Assembly (NCBI GenBank): GCA_965205975.1
Contig: OZ242195.1
Location: forward strand, 1,184,001-1,248,000
Source of the DNA: Candidatus Latescibacterota bacterium
GTDB lineage: Bacteria; Latescibacterota; UBA2968
Length of the DNA: 64,000 nt
Direction: 5' to 3'
The notes beneath the pieces were generated by a model. That model saw only the letters and a program-made list of their open reading frames with translations, was not told the origin of the DNA and did not search any database. This document shows positions 1 through 8,833 of this stretch, one piece after another (the stretch's first letter is position 1; each line of letters starts with the position of its first letter). A program made the translations under genes and the position numbers.

Positions 1-1189
1 CACTCGCTATCTTGTGACCAGGCTCCAATGCCAATACCGCCTGATACTTCTCCCACGCGTTCGCACCAGCAGGACTCGTCAGACGATCTCGAGACATGTC
101 CTCAGTAGCAGCAGACAACAGATCGGATATCTTTTTTTCACGTTCCTGCGCGACCTCTGCCTTTGCTGCTTCCTGCGCTTGACGACGCTGAGTGGGGAGA
201 TACGCGTATTGATAATAAGACACGCCTCCGATCAACAAAGCCACTATGCAGAATATTGCTGCAAATAACTTGCCTCCGGACTTTTCTGATGATGGAGGTG
301 GTGGAGGTGGTTCTTCATCTTCCAGCATAACACGCCATTCAGCAATACTTTGGGGGCGATCCTCCTCGTTTACCTGTAACGCACTATCTATCGCAGATAA
401 AAATCCCGCACTCGCTTGACCCGCACAGCGCGCAGATACGGGAATCAAAGGATCATTTCGCATCCGATCTGTCGCATCATCTGGCACTTGACCAGTCAAT
501 GCCTGGTAGCACACAGCCCCCAATGCATAAATATCTGTCCAGGGTCCCTGATCATCTCGCGTTGAATACTGCTCTATTGGTGCGTATCCCGGCGTGATGA
601 TCGATGTAACCGAACGGCTCCTGGATCCTATTGCCTGACGTGCTGCACCAAAGTCCAGCAAGACGGGCGAATGGTCCTCGGCGCGGATGATGATATTGCC
701 AGGCTTGATGTCTCGATGCAAAAAATCTGCTCTATGCACGACTTCCAGACCATCCAAAATTGGATACACAATGTCTTCGAGTTCGGCTTCGCTCAGCGTC
801 CCTCTGCTTTGCAGAAATGATGATAAGGTCTCGCCCTCGGCGTATTCCATCACGATATACGCCGTGCCGTGTGCTTGGAAATAGCGATGTACTTTAATGA
901 TGTGCCGATGATCAAACCGGGCTAAGGTACGCGCTTCGTCTAAGAAACGATCCAGGCCCCACTCAAAATCATCTCGAAACTGGCTCGCTTGCGGAGCGAC
1001 GCTGTTATCGCCTGTGCGTGTGGCTATATCAGAGGGCAAGTATTCCTTAATGGCAACGGCTTTGTCCAGATTGTGGTCAAAGCCGAGATAGGTCATGCCG
1101 AAGCCGCCGAATCCGAGCACGCGCACGAGTTCGTATTCCTGAAGCCGATAGCCCTGGGGCAGGGCATTGAGGGGGTGTGGCGAAGAATC
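1..1189 (-). CDS. Membrane-anchored Hanks-type Ser/Thr protein kinase (kinase-Pro linker-TM-periplasmic domain); runs off the window edge, native start apparently lost
   Basis: Absent from the ORF track. Manual translation gives NALPQGYRLQEYELVRVLGFGGFGMTY, VAIKEYLP, HRDIKPGNII, LLDFGAAR, TPGYAPIEQY, WTDIYALG, then PPPPPPP, TM LFAAIFCIVALLIGGVSYY and LTSPAGANAWEKYQAVLALEP. The frame is open from 1201 to the edge, with no ATG before the Gly-rich loop. Confidence 0.93.
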
Positions 1190-1812
1190 GTATTGCCGAT
1201 GCTAATATGACTCAGCGCGGGGAGTTCAGCCGGAGTGAGTACGGGCTCGTCGTTGAGGTAGGTCAGGTTGGTACCGCCGCCATGCTGCACATAAAATTTC
1301 CTGCCGCGGGGATCGTAGGTGACAATCGCATGTCCGCCACGCGAGATTTGGTTATCGCCAAAATTGAGTTTTACACGGGCGGTTTCCCCGCGCCCAATGG
1401 GATTGGAACCATAGCCCAATTGCAGGGCACGTCCTTTGCCCGGTCCTTCGACAATGGCCAACCAGCCAACAACGGGGTCATCCATGCCATCGGTTTTTTC
1501 CTCGCGTTCTTCCGCAGATTGCGGGCGATTTGAGCTGGTACGACCACCTGTATTTAGACGCGTGCGTTCTTCTTCATAGGAACCTGAGGCTCGTCCAGCA
1601 CCTCCCGGTGCTTTAGGCTGTTGTTCTATTGGCTTTGTGGGTTCCTCTAAACGTCCCCCTCCTGAGCCTTGACCGCCGCCCGGTGGCACTGGCGGTCTGT
1701 TCGCACCATCGGGTTGTGGTAGGGTATTCTTATCACGCTTGACATTTGGTGATGGCGTCGGTTTGGTTTTTTCTTCTACGATATTGCCATCGGGATCGCG
1801 GTAAACTGGCAT
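1093..1812 (-). CDS. FHA-domain protein with disordered Pro/Gly-rich N-terminus; 3' end probably truncated and running out of frame into the kinase gene
   Basis: PVVGWLAIVEGPGKG...NPIGRG...DNQISRGGHA...GGTNLTYLN is an FHA pattern. After IGNTILR (1180) the sequence is kinase DNA read in another frame. Confidence 0.85.
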   Translation of the reverse strand: MPVYRDPDGNIVEEKTKPTPSPNVKRDKNTLPQPDGANRPPVPPGGGQGSGGGRLEEPTKPIEQQPKAPGGAGRASGSYEEERTRLNTGGRTSSNRPQSAEEREEKTDGMDDPVVGWLAIVEGPGKGRALQLGYGSNPIGRGETARVKLNFGDNQISRGGHAIVTYDPRGRKFYVQHGGGTNLTYLNDEPVLTPAELPALSHISIGNTILRHTPSMPCPRAIGFRNTNSCACSDSAASA

Positions 1813-1824
1813 AACACTATCCTC

Positions 1825-2610
1825 CTATTTTTCATAAAGACGGTTGATTAAATTATCCAAACAGTATTGCCCCGATTGGTTCAGGGCCATTTCCTCTTTT
1901 TGCTGCACGATATGCAGAGCAAAAACCAACAGTGCCGATTGGATCAGAGCGAGTAAGGTCGTGTAAAACGCAACGCCCAATTGTCCGGTGATTTCTGCCA
2001 GCAAATTCGGGTCCTGAGTACTTGCGCCTCCCGCATACTTCAAAGCCAAAGCGATTCCCACAACTGTGCCAATAAAGCCGAGTGTGGGTATCAACCATAC
2101 GAGATACCGCAGCATGGTGTATTTGAGTTCAAGTTCGTGCTGGAATAACTCCAGAGAAGAATTTAATAGGGAATTGGTCTGGCTGACCGATCTGCTGCCC
2201 TGAAATTGCAAAATGCAGCGCATGGTTAAGCGCTGTAAAAAGAATGTCCGTTCTCCATCCACCGGGCGCATTCTCTTATAGAGAAGACCCAGGTCTTGCG
2301 CCCGCAACATGGTCGTTTCGTCTTCTGGCAGGTATTGCTTTGATAGTTGTGCCACTTCCAGATTGGATTGATGAAATCGCCCCCACAACTCGCCACAGCC
2401 AATGAAAAACATAAGCCACATGATGTTCTGGATAGTAAACGGGTAAGGAAAACTTTTCGTGTGGCGGTCAAGCAAGAAATCACCCAATAGTGTTGAATCG
2501 GAGCTTGTAAAAGCAATAGTCATTAACGCAATAGCGATAACGCCGATAACAGTACTGACGCCAAATGCGATGAGGCGTTGATTTGTCTCTGTATTTTGTC
2601 CTTGTGTCAT
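1825..2610 (-). CDS. MotA/TolQ/ExbB proton-channel family protein
   Basis: LIPTLGFIGTVVGIALAL...LGVAFYTTLLALI signature plus additional N-terminal TMs. Start placed at ATG 2610, just after the upstream FHA gene's stop. Confidence 0.9.
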   Translation of the reverse strand: MTQGQNTETNQRLIAFGVSTVIGVIAIALMTIAFTSSDSTLLGDFLLDRHTKSFPYPFTIQNIMWLMFFIGCGELWGRFHQSNLEVAQLSKQYLPEDETTMLRAQDLGLLYKRMRPVDGERTFFLQRLTMRCILQFQGSRSVSQTNSLLNSSLELFQHELELKYTMLRYLVWLIPTLGFIGTVVGIALALKYAGGASTQDPNLLAEITGQLGVAFYTTLLALIQSALLVFALHIVQQKEEMALNQSGQYCLDNLINRLYEK

Positions 2611-2611
2611 A

Positions 2612-3010
2612 TTAGTCCTCGTTTTGAATGATTTCACCTGTTCCTTTTTTCCGACGCACCGGTCCTTCGGGTAAGTCGTCTTTTGGCAAAGGCGTTCTCT
2701 CTTCACCCGAATGGTCATCGCTTTTATTGTCATCATTTCCTCGAGCGACCATAGCGATGAGTTGGGGGGCTGTGGTCTGATAGCGACCGAGTAGAATCGC
2801 ATCCGTTGGGGCTATAAATTCCTGCCGGATGGGAATCCATTCGCCATTTCGCGCAACATAACTTCCGCCGCTGCTGTCGCTATCCGTCAGATAGTACTCT
2901 CCATTTGCAGTCACGACCAACTCGGCGTGGATGCGCGAGACTGTGGGATCGTCAAGGCGAATATCCATGTCCGAATTGCGACCGATTTTATACGTGGAAA
3001 AGTTAGACAT
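2612..3010 (-). CDS. Small FHA-domain protein
   Basis: KIGRNSDMDIRLDDPTVSRIHAEL...DSDSSGGSYV carries the FHA GR and SxxH motifs; acidic C-terminal tail. Confidence 0.88.
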   Translation of the reverse strand: MSNFSTYKIGRNSDMDIRLDDPTVSRIHAELVVTANGEYYLTDSDSSGGSYVARNGEWIPIRQEFIAPTDAILLGRYQTTAPQLIAMVARGNDDNKSDDHSGEERTPLPKDDLPEGPVRRKKGTGEIIQNED

Positions 3011-3021
3011 TTTGAAATCCT

Positions 3022-3813
3022 CTACGGGTGTGTGATACGCATATTACCTTCGGTATCCACATTGATTGTCGCTACCAACTTTTTCTCACCCTCTGTGCTA
3101 AGCCGCGTCTGCCGGAGGGAGGTTTGGCCTTCCGGGGTCAGCACACCTCCCCGAATATTCACACCGCGGTTGGTGTTACTCTTATTCTTATAGTATTTGT
3201 AATAGACTTTGTAGGTGCCAGCCTCAGCTATGGGGTGTAGCCATATTTCATTGCCTGGACCGCTGGTATTATCTTCTTCCAGCTTTGCCTGAGAACCGGA
3301 AAATGAGGGCTGTTGGTAATAGAATTCCCGGCCAGCGGGATCAACTACGTGTAGATCAATATCATCGCTTGTGCGCCAACTCATAATGATTAATAGAAAT
3401 TTCTTCTTCGCGCGCTCTTCGCACGACTCAATTTGTGCCTCGAGATCCTGGTTACGACTTTCGCACTCGCCCAGGGCATTTTGCGGTACAGATCTCCGCT
3501 GTTGATCTTCACACGACGCGAGTTGTGATTCGAGTTGCTGGTTACGGCTTTCGCACGCACCCAAAGCATCTCGCGATACGGACGCTCGTTGTTGATCTTC
3601 ACACGCGCTCAATTCTCCTCTTACGGCTTGTAATTCATTCTGGACTTGCTCGATCTGTGCCCTGACTTCTGCCACTCGCTCTGCTGAATCGCCGGTATTT
3701 GGAAAGTAAGGAAACAGGACAAAAGCAATCAATATGAACGCGCCCATTGCCGAGGCGAATAGATCGAGTGCAGACATGCTGAAGATGTTCAGTTCTCGGT
3801 TGCGGGATTTCAT
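3022..3813 (-). CDS. MotB/ExbD-like single-TM protein with Cys-containing coiled-coil repeats and a YfaP/DUF2135-like C-terminal domain
   Basis: N-terminus RNRELNIFSMSALDLFASAMGAFILI has an Asp at the TM start. C-terminus SWRTSDDIDLHVVDP...EDNTSGPGNEI. AGGAG lies 8 nt before ATG 3813. Confidence 0.75.
   Translation of the reverse strand: MKSRNRELNIFSMSALDLFASAMGAFILIAFVLFPYFPNTGDSAERVAEVRAQIEQVQNELQAVRGELSACEDQQRASVSRDALGACESRNQQLESQLASCEDQQRRSVPQNALGECESRNQDLEAQIESCEERAKKKFLLIIMSWRTSDDIDLHVVDPAGREFYYQQPSFSGSQAKLEEDNTSGPGNEIWLHPIAEAGTYKVYYKYYKNKSNTNRGVNIRGGVLTPEGQTSLRQTRLSTEGEKKLVATINVDTEGNMRITHP
3415..3610 (-). repeat. Two ~31-aa (~93-nt) coding repeats, CEDQQRxSVxxxALGxCESRNQxLExQ
   Basis: Visible in both the protein and the DNA; boundaries approximate. 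Confidence 0.75.
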
Positions 3814-3827
3814 TGTGGGCACTCCTG

Positions 3828-5183
3828 TTAAAATTTTGAGACCATGACCTCCAGACCACCCAGCGCAATGGTAGCACCATAGTCTAACGGTTCTGGGCGA
3901 AATGGAGATAAGCGATGGCGATTCAAAAACGTCCCATTGCTTGAATTCAGATCTTCGATATAAAATTGATCATCATGGACTGTGATTCTCAGATGTCGTC
4001 GGGATACCTGTTCATCTGGGATGACTTCATCTACCAGATCGGGATGCCTGCCCAGTGAAACTCCCGATCGTTGCCCTGCTAATTTTTCTGGCGATAGCAC
4101 GATGTGAACGCGATTGCCATTATCGTCAAACCCGGCCAGTACCAGGCCATGTGTTGGGCGTTGGTTTTCTGATGGTTGTCTTTTTAATGGTTGTTGAACT
4201 GCGCCATCGCGTTCTCGCCTTCTGATAGGTCGGCTCATCTGTTCTGCGACGCGGATGATCTGCTGCCGGGGTTTTCTTAAGCCGAGCAACAGGGCTGCCA
4301 ATGTCAAACTGCCCAATAATATGCCCCAGATAAGCAATTGCTGGCTCGCTTCTTCTGCACGGCGTTTGGCTTCTTCTGCCTGACGCTTCGCTTCTTCTGC
4401 CTCTTGAAGTGCCTCTTCCGTTTTCTCAGTATTAGCACCATCAGACGGTAAGCACGGATCTTTCTCTGGTGGTTGAAGAATATTGTGATTCGGAAAAAGC
4501 TTTACCAATTCCTCTATATGAGACGACCAGTAAATACCCGCTGCGTGAGGTACTCGCGTTACCCCATCGGATGGGCTGGTAATCACGACGAGGGACGCTT
4601 GCGTATTCACGCCAATCACCCTCCCACAGTCATCTACCAGAGGGCCACCGCTGTTACCCGGATTCGTAGGCGCATTGTGTTGAATAATCCTGAACATTTG
4701 TCTGTGCCACGCGCCTGAGAAAATTCTGCCAATAACACCATCCTGCACAGTTGGATTACGAGCGGGGCTGTCGTCTCTATCGGCCCCACCCGGATAACCG
4801 ATAGCCCAGACCTTCTGTCCTGCTTTCAATGGCGCAAGTGAAAGTCTGATCGGCGGAAGGTTGATGCTCGGTGCCTGTACGATTGCCAGGTCGAGCTCAT
4901 CTGATCGGGCAATCACGTTGACATCGTACGCGGTCTTGGAATTTGTCGGGATTGCTTTGATCTCGTTGCCACCAGCAATAACGTGTACGTTGGTGGCGAT
5001 ATAACCCTGATTGTTGATCACAAAGCCAGTACCCGTACCAACTCCTTGATTTGTCCGCGTTACAATACGCACAACACTCTTCTCAAGAGCATCAAAGTCT
5101 GGCGCAGCGACTGCATCATGCCCGTAAAACATAAATGCGAGAAAAAGACCGGCAAGACGCCAATATTTGCATACCAGTTGCAT
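3828..5183 (-). CDS. Signal peptide-trypsin-like (S1) serine protease-coiled coil-TM-FHA protein
   Basis: Catalytic triad motifs TNVHV, DLAIV and PGNSGGPL; TM LLIWGILLGSLTLAALLLGL; FHA SLGRH...VSRRH...DLNSSNGTFLN. Confidence 0.92.
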   Translation of the reverse strand: MQLVCKYWRLAGLFLAFMFYGHDAVAAPDFDALEKSVVRIVTRTNQGVGTGTGFVINNQGYIATNVHVIAGGNEIKAIPTNSKTAYDVNVIARSDELDLAIVQAPSINLPPIRLSLAPLKAGQKVWAIGYPGGADRDDSPARNPTVQDGVIGRIFSGAWHRQMFRIIQHNAPTNPGNSGGPLVDDCGRVIGVNTQASLVVITSPSDGVTRVPHAAGIYWSSHIEELVKLFPNHNILQPPEKDPCLPSDGANTEKTEEALQEAEEAKRQAEEAKRRAEEASQQLLIWGILLGSLTLAALLLGLRKPRQQIIRVAEQMSRPIRRRERDGAVQQPLKRQPSENQRPTHGLVLAGFDDNGNRVHIVLSPEKLAGQRSGVSLGRHPDLVDEVIPDEQVSRRHLRITVHDDQFYIEDLNSSNGTFLNRHRLSPFRPEPLDYGATIALGGLEVMVSKF

Positions 5184-5185
5184 TT

Positions 5186-6767
5186 TTACCCCGGAATCAG
5201 ACGCACTTGAAAGACAACAGGTCCCAATTCGAGTTGATCGTTGTTTTGCAACACCACCTGTTCGCGCGGGTTGAGTGGGGTTCCATTGATCCGGGTGCCA
5301 TTTGTGCTACCCAGATCCTCTGCACAGAGATTTCCGTCGGCATACAAAAGCCTGACGTGTTCACGGGATACGGATTCGTGGTCGATAATGAATTCCGAAT
5401 TGGCAGGGTTTCTTCCAAGTGTGGCACCAGAAGACAGGGCCAATGCCGGGATATTCAATACAAAGGGTTGGCCCGTGTTGTCTTGGCCTTCTAATAGACA
5501 TCGGAAAGGCGCGGGCTGCGGTGTCCGTGCTGCGGCTTGTCGCGCGGCTTCAGCTTCTTGTTCTACTTCACCTATTCGAGAGGATGCACCCTGCAATTGC
5601 GCCTTTTTGCTGCGTGCGAATACGAACCAGCCGAGGAGCAAAAGGATTATCAAGGACAGCCCCGGACAGGATTGCCCATTTCAAATGTTGCGATGTTTTT
5701 TCTTGCGCCTGTATGATACTATCCTGTATTGCCTTGCGTCTGGCGATACTATCCTCTATTGCTTTTTTAAGGGAATCCGTTTTTGCCTGTACCTGTCTTA
5801 AGCTATCTTCTCGTGCTTGTGATAAAGAATCTGTCTGTGCTTGTTGGGCTTTAAGTCGATCCTGTTCTGCTCTAAGACGGTTTTGTTCTGCTTTGAGACG
5901 GTCTTCTGTCTCCTGTGCTGCCTTTTTTATCGAATCTTCTCGTGCTTGTGTCAGGGAATCCGTTTTTGCCCGCGCCTGTCTTAAACTGTCTTCTCGTGCT
6001 CGTGTCAGGGAATCCGTTTTTGCCTGCGCCCGTCTTAAGCTGTCTTCCCGCGCTTGTGCGCGTTCAATCGCACTCAAGCAGGGTTGTTCTTCTACGGTAT
6101 GGGCAATTTCTCGATCTTTGAGCGCGGTGATGATATCGCCACTGCGCAAGGCAAAAACCGTTCCTCTGGGTTCCGGATTTCTCCGAAACGGCCAGCGAGT
6201 GCTTTCCGGGTTTGGGAGGTTGATGGCGATGACATCCCCACATTCATTGAACAGGGGCATACCGAATGCGTTGGATGTTACCAGGGCATTGTGTTGTAGC
6301 AGATGCACTACGAGATCGTCCGGGTTTTTGCCCGGTACGTCCTGGTATGCACCAATGGTGCCGCGGGCAATCTGGATACTATCCTGAGGTATCCATTTCA
6401 GAGTTTGCACGATCCGACCCACATCGGCCCCTTGTTCGGATAAGTTGAGGGGCGGTAGGCCCAGCCCCTGCGCTTGCAATAAGGCGAGGTTCATTTCCCG
6501 ACTGGCAAAGATCTGCTGTGCAGTTAGTTCGGCACCGGTCTTCAGGGCCAATACAGCAAATCTGTCTGCATCCGATAGAAGGTGCGCATTTGTCAACACA
6601 TATCCCTCTGCATTGACGACAAAGCCGCTCCCTTCGGCTATTATTTTGTTATTTTTGTACGCACGTACCCGCACAATACTTTCAGATACGACATCAATAT
6701 CTATTTCGGCAAATACAGGGCTGACGAATAAGAGTGATACGAAATACACAAGTATAGAAACGCGCAT
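5186..6767 (-). pseudogene. Paralogous trypsin-like (no catalytic Ser)-coiled-coil repeat-TM-FHA gene split by a +1 frameshift at ~5654
   Basis: ORF 5568..6773 reads ...WAILSGAV and ORF 5186..5653 continues LIILLLLGWFVF plus an FHA domain (LGRN..VSREH..DLGSTNGT). Removing one C at 5654/5655 joins them. TNAH is present but the GNSGGP position reads SNAFGMP. Confidence 0.82.
5740..6065 (-). repeat. Coding tandem repeats of ~18 aa (54 nt), AREDSLRQAxAKTDSLT
   Basis: GGGAATCCGTTTTTGCC and TCTTCTCGTGCT units recur in the DNA; boundaries approximate. Confidence 0.8.
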
Positions 6768-7027
6768 GATCATCTCCTCTACTATGGAGTTACCCGTTTT
6801 GTGGGAAAACGTGTGTGGCAGCCAATTGTATCCATGTTGAATTCAAAATATGCTCGCTTTAAAAAAAGGCCAAAAGGAATTTTATATGGCTACTTACTCG
6901 CCGTTTACCTTCTGTCGCATTATTTTGTTTTTTATGCTGTTGCGTATCTCAGGGTCTAACACTATCTTGTGGGGCGATTTGTTTGTCTCATTGAATTCTG
7001 CACGGAGTTCTGGTCGGAAGGGTTGCT

Positions 7028-8833
7028 ATGGATGTGTTGCTGGATGATGTCAAATTGCCGTCGCATTTAGATCGTCTGACAGATACGGCTCTGGATCTCA
7101 AGCGCGTTCAGGGTATGGTGCGCGTTGGTCCCGATGTGTTATTTGTGATATTGAGTGGCTCCTTGTTCAAGTTGACCGCAGAGAGGGCTGTGCTCGAACC
7201 CGTGTTTGATTCTGTGACGCGAATTTGGCCGGCTGATGATAATTGTGCGCTGGTCGAATCTGAAGGTGCGCTGTGGCGGGTTGATCTGGATGGTACAAAG
7301 GGGCGTTTGCTCACCATTCCCAAAGGGACGATTTCCTATGATGTCAAATGGGGCATACGGGGCCTGGTTGTAGGTGCGCTTGTGGATCGCCGCGCATCTG
7401 TGGATCCCAAAGCACCTTATTTTTATCCTGCGCCGAGAGAAAAGGTCACGCTGTGTCGATATGCTTCAATTGAAGGGTGGCACGATCTTGCCGATGTGCC
7501 AGAAGGATGTGGGAACCTGAGTATGTGTCGATATGGCCGTCGAATCGCGTGGCGGGAATCCCTCAATGTGATTCCCGAAGAAGCGCAGCGGGGAGAGTTT
7601 TACGGCTTTGATTTGAATACAAATGAGGTGCGAAAGTTGACCGAGGGCGCGGGCAAAGCCGGGCGCGCGGTGATGGCTTCGGATGGCTCTGCGCTGCTTT
7701 ACGAAGCCAATCACGAGGCGGTGTATCCCATTACAACGCATACGGATTTGTGGTGGTTGTCCTGGGATGGCAGCGAACGGGTGAATCTCACAGAGGGTGG
7801 GCGTTGTATTGCGCGCTTTGGCTGGGGACCCCGCGAAAAGACCGCCTGGGTATCGTTTGTAGAGGGTTTGGAAACGCAGACGGAAGTGCTGGCTCTGGAC
7901 GGGATACCAGAGGGGACATTTGGTGATCTGGATGCGGTATCAGATATTGTGTGGATGCCCGATGGCCTGGCTATTTTTGAAACCGAAGATGCAGAGCGAT
8001 TCCCCGCTATTTGGACAGGAACGCGCCGGGTGCCCTTGCCTCAGCCAGCGAATTACGAAGATTTGCGCGTTTTAGAAATGGAGTGGGAAGCTCCCGACGG
8101 CATGGAGATTGAGGGGGTACTCTACGAAGCAGATGGCCTCAGAGGCTCTGCCCCGTTGCTGGTTTCGGCACACGGGGGACCTGCCGCGCCGGTGGAGAAT
8201 GTGCGCAGTGAGGCGGTCCGATATCGCCACTTGTTGCGGGCGGGCTACCGGGTTTTTCGTCCGGCATTTCGGGGGTCTCTGGGTTTTGGAGATGATTTCG
8301 CGCGGAGCAATATCGGATGCCAGGGGCGGGCCGATCTCGAGGATATTATTTCGGGTGTTGATTTTTTGGTTGAAGAGGGTCTTGCAATAAAAAATCGGGT
8401 GGGTATTTTCGGGGCGTCTTACGGGGGATATATGACTTTGCGGGCACTATCTGTGACGGATCGATTTCAGGCGGGTGTCGCGCTTTTCGGTTTTATCGAC
8501 AACCGGCGGATGACCCTGGAGACGGGTGATTTTACCTATGAGACAGAGTATTTGGAACCGCTATCGTGGCCGATTACAGAGCGTACGCGCGGGGGCGATG
8601 TGTTTCCCAATTTGGGCGCAATTCGCACGCCGCTTCTGTTGTTGCACGGCGACCAGGATCCGATCTGTCCGCTGTCGGAGTCCAAAGTCACTTGTCGCGC
8701 ACTGGAAGCACTGGGGGTGCCGGTGGGCCTTGTGGTGTATCCGGGTGAGGGTCATGGGTTTCGGAAAGAGAAAAATCGCCGCGATAGTGCGAGGCGGACG
8801 TTGGCATGGTTTTTGAATTATTTGTCTCCGTGA
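7028..8833 (+). CDS. S9 family peptidase (acylaminoacyl/dipeptidyl aminopeptidase-like)
   Basis: HGGP, GASYGG nucleophile elbow, HGDQD, EGHGF; propeller-like N-terminal region. Confidence 0.9.
   Translation: MDVLLDDVKLPSHLDRLTDTALDLKRVQGMVRVGPDVLFVILSGSLFKLTAERAVLEPVFDSVTRIWPADDNCALVESEGALWRVDLDGTKGRLLTIPKGTISYDVKWGIRGLVVGALVDRRASVDPKAPYFYPAPREKVTLCRYASIEGWHDLADVPEGCGNLSMCRYGRRIAWRESLNVIPEEAQRGEFYGFDLNTNEVRKLTEGAGKAGRAVMASDGSALLYEANHEAVYPITTHTDLWWLSWDGSERVNLTEGGRCIARFGWGPREKTAWVSFVEGLETQTEVLALDGIPEGTFGDLDAVSDIVWMPDGLAIFETEDAERFPAIWTGTRRVPLPQPANYEDLRVLEMEWEAPDGMEIEGVLYEADGLRGSAPLLVSAHGGPAAPVENVRSEAVRYRHLLRAGYRVFRPAFRGSLGFGDDFARSNIGCQGRADLEDIISGVDFLVEEGLAIKNRVGIFGASYGGYMTLRALSVTDRFQAGVALFGFIDNRRMTLETGDFTYETEYLEPLSWPITERTRGGDVFPNLGAIRTPLLLLHGDQDPICPLSESKVTCRALEALGVPVGLVVYPGEGHGFRKEKNRRDSARRTLAWFLNYLSP

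Noticed and set aside
5419..6387. Long + strand ORF (322 aa) and other antisense ORFs such as 14677..15711, 15760..16605 and 63104..63973
   Set aside because: These are shadows of well-supported genes on the opposite strand and show no recognisable motifs.
1..6773. T6SS regulatory module (PpkA/Fha) or canonical Zorya
   Set aside because: No tss genes are visible, the MotB-like protein lacks an OmpA domain, MotA lacks the long ZorA tail, and there is no zorC/D/E. Kept as a distinct candidate system instead.
8818..8833. 16-nt 3' overlap of convergent genes
   Set aside because: Common in compact genomes, with no sign of a special function.
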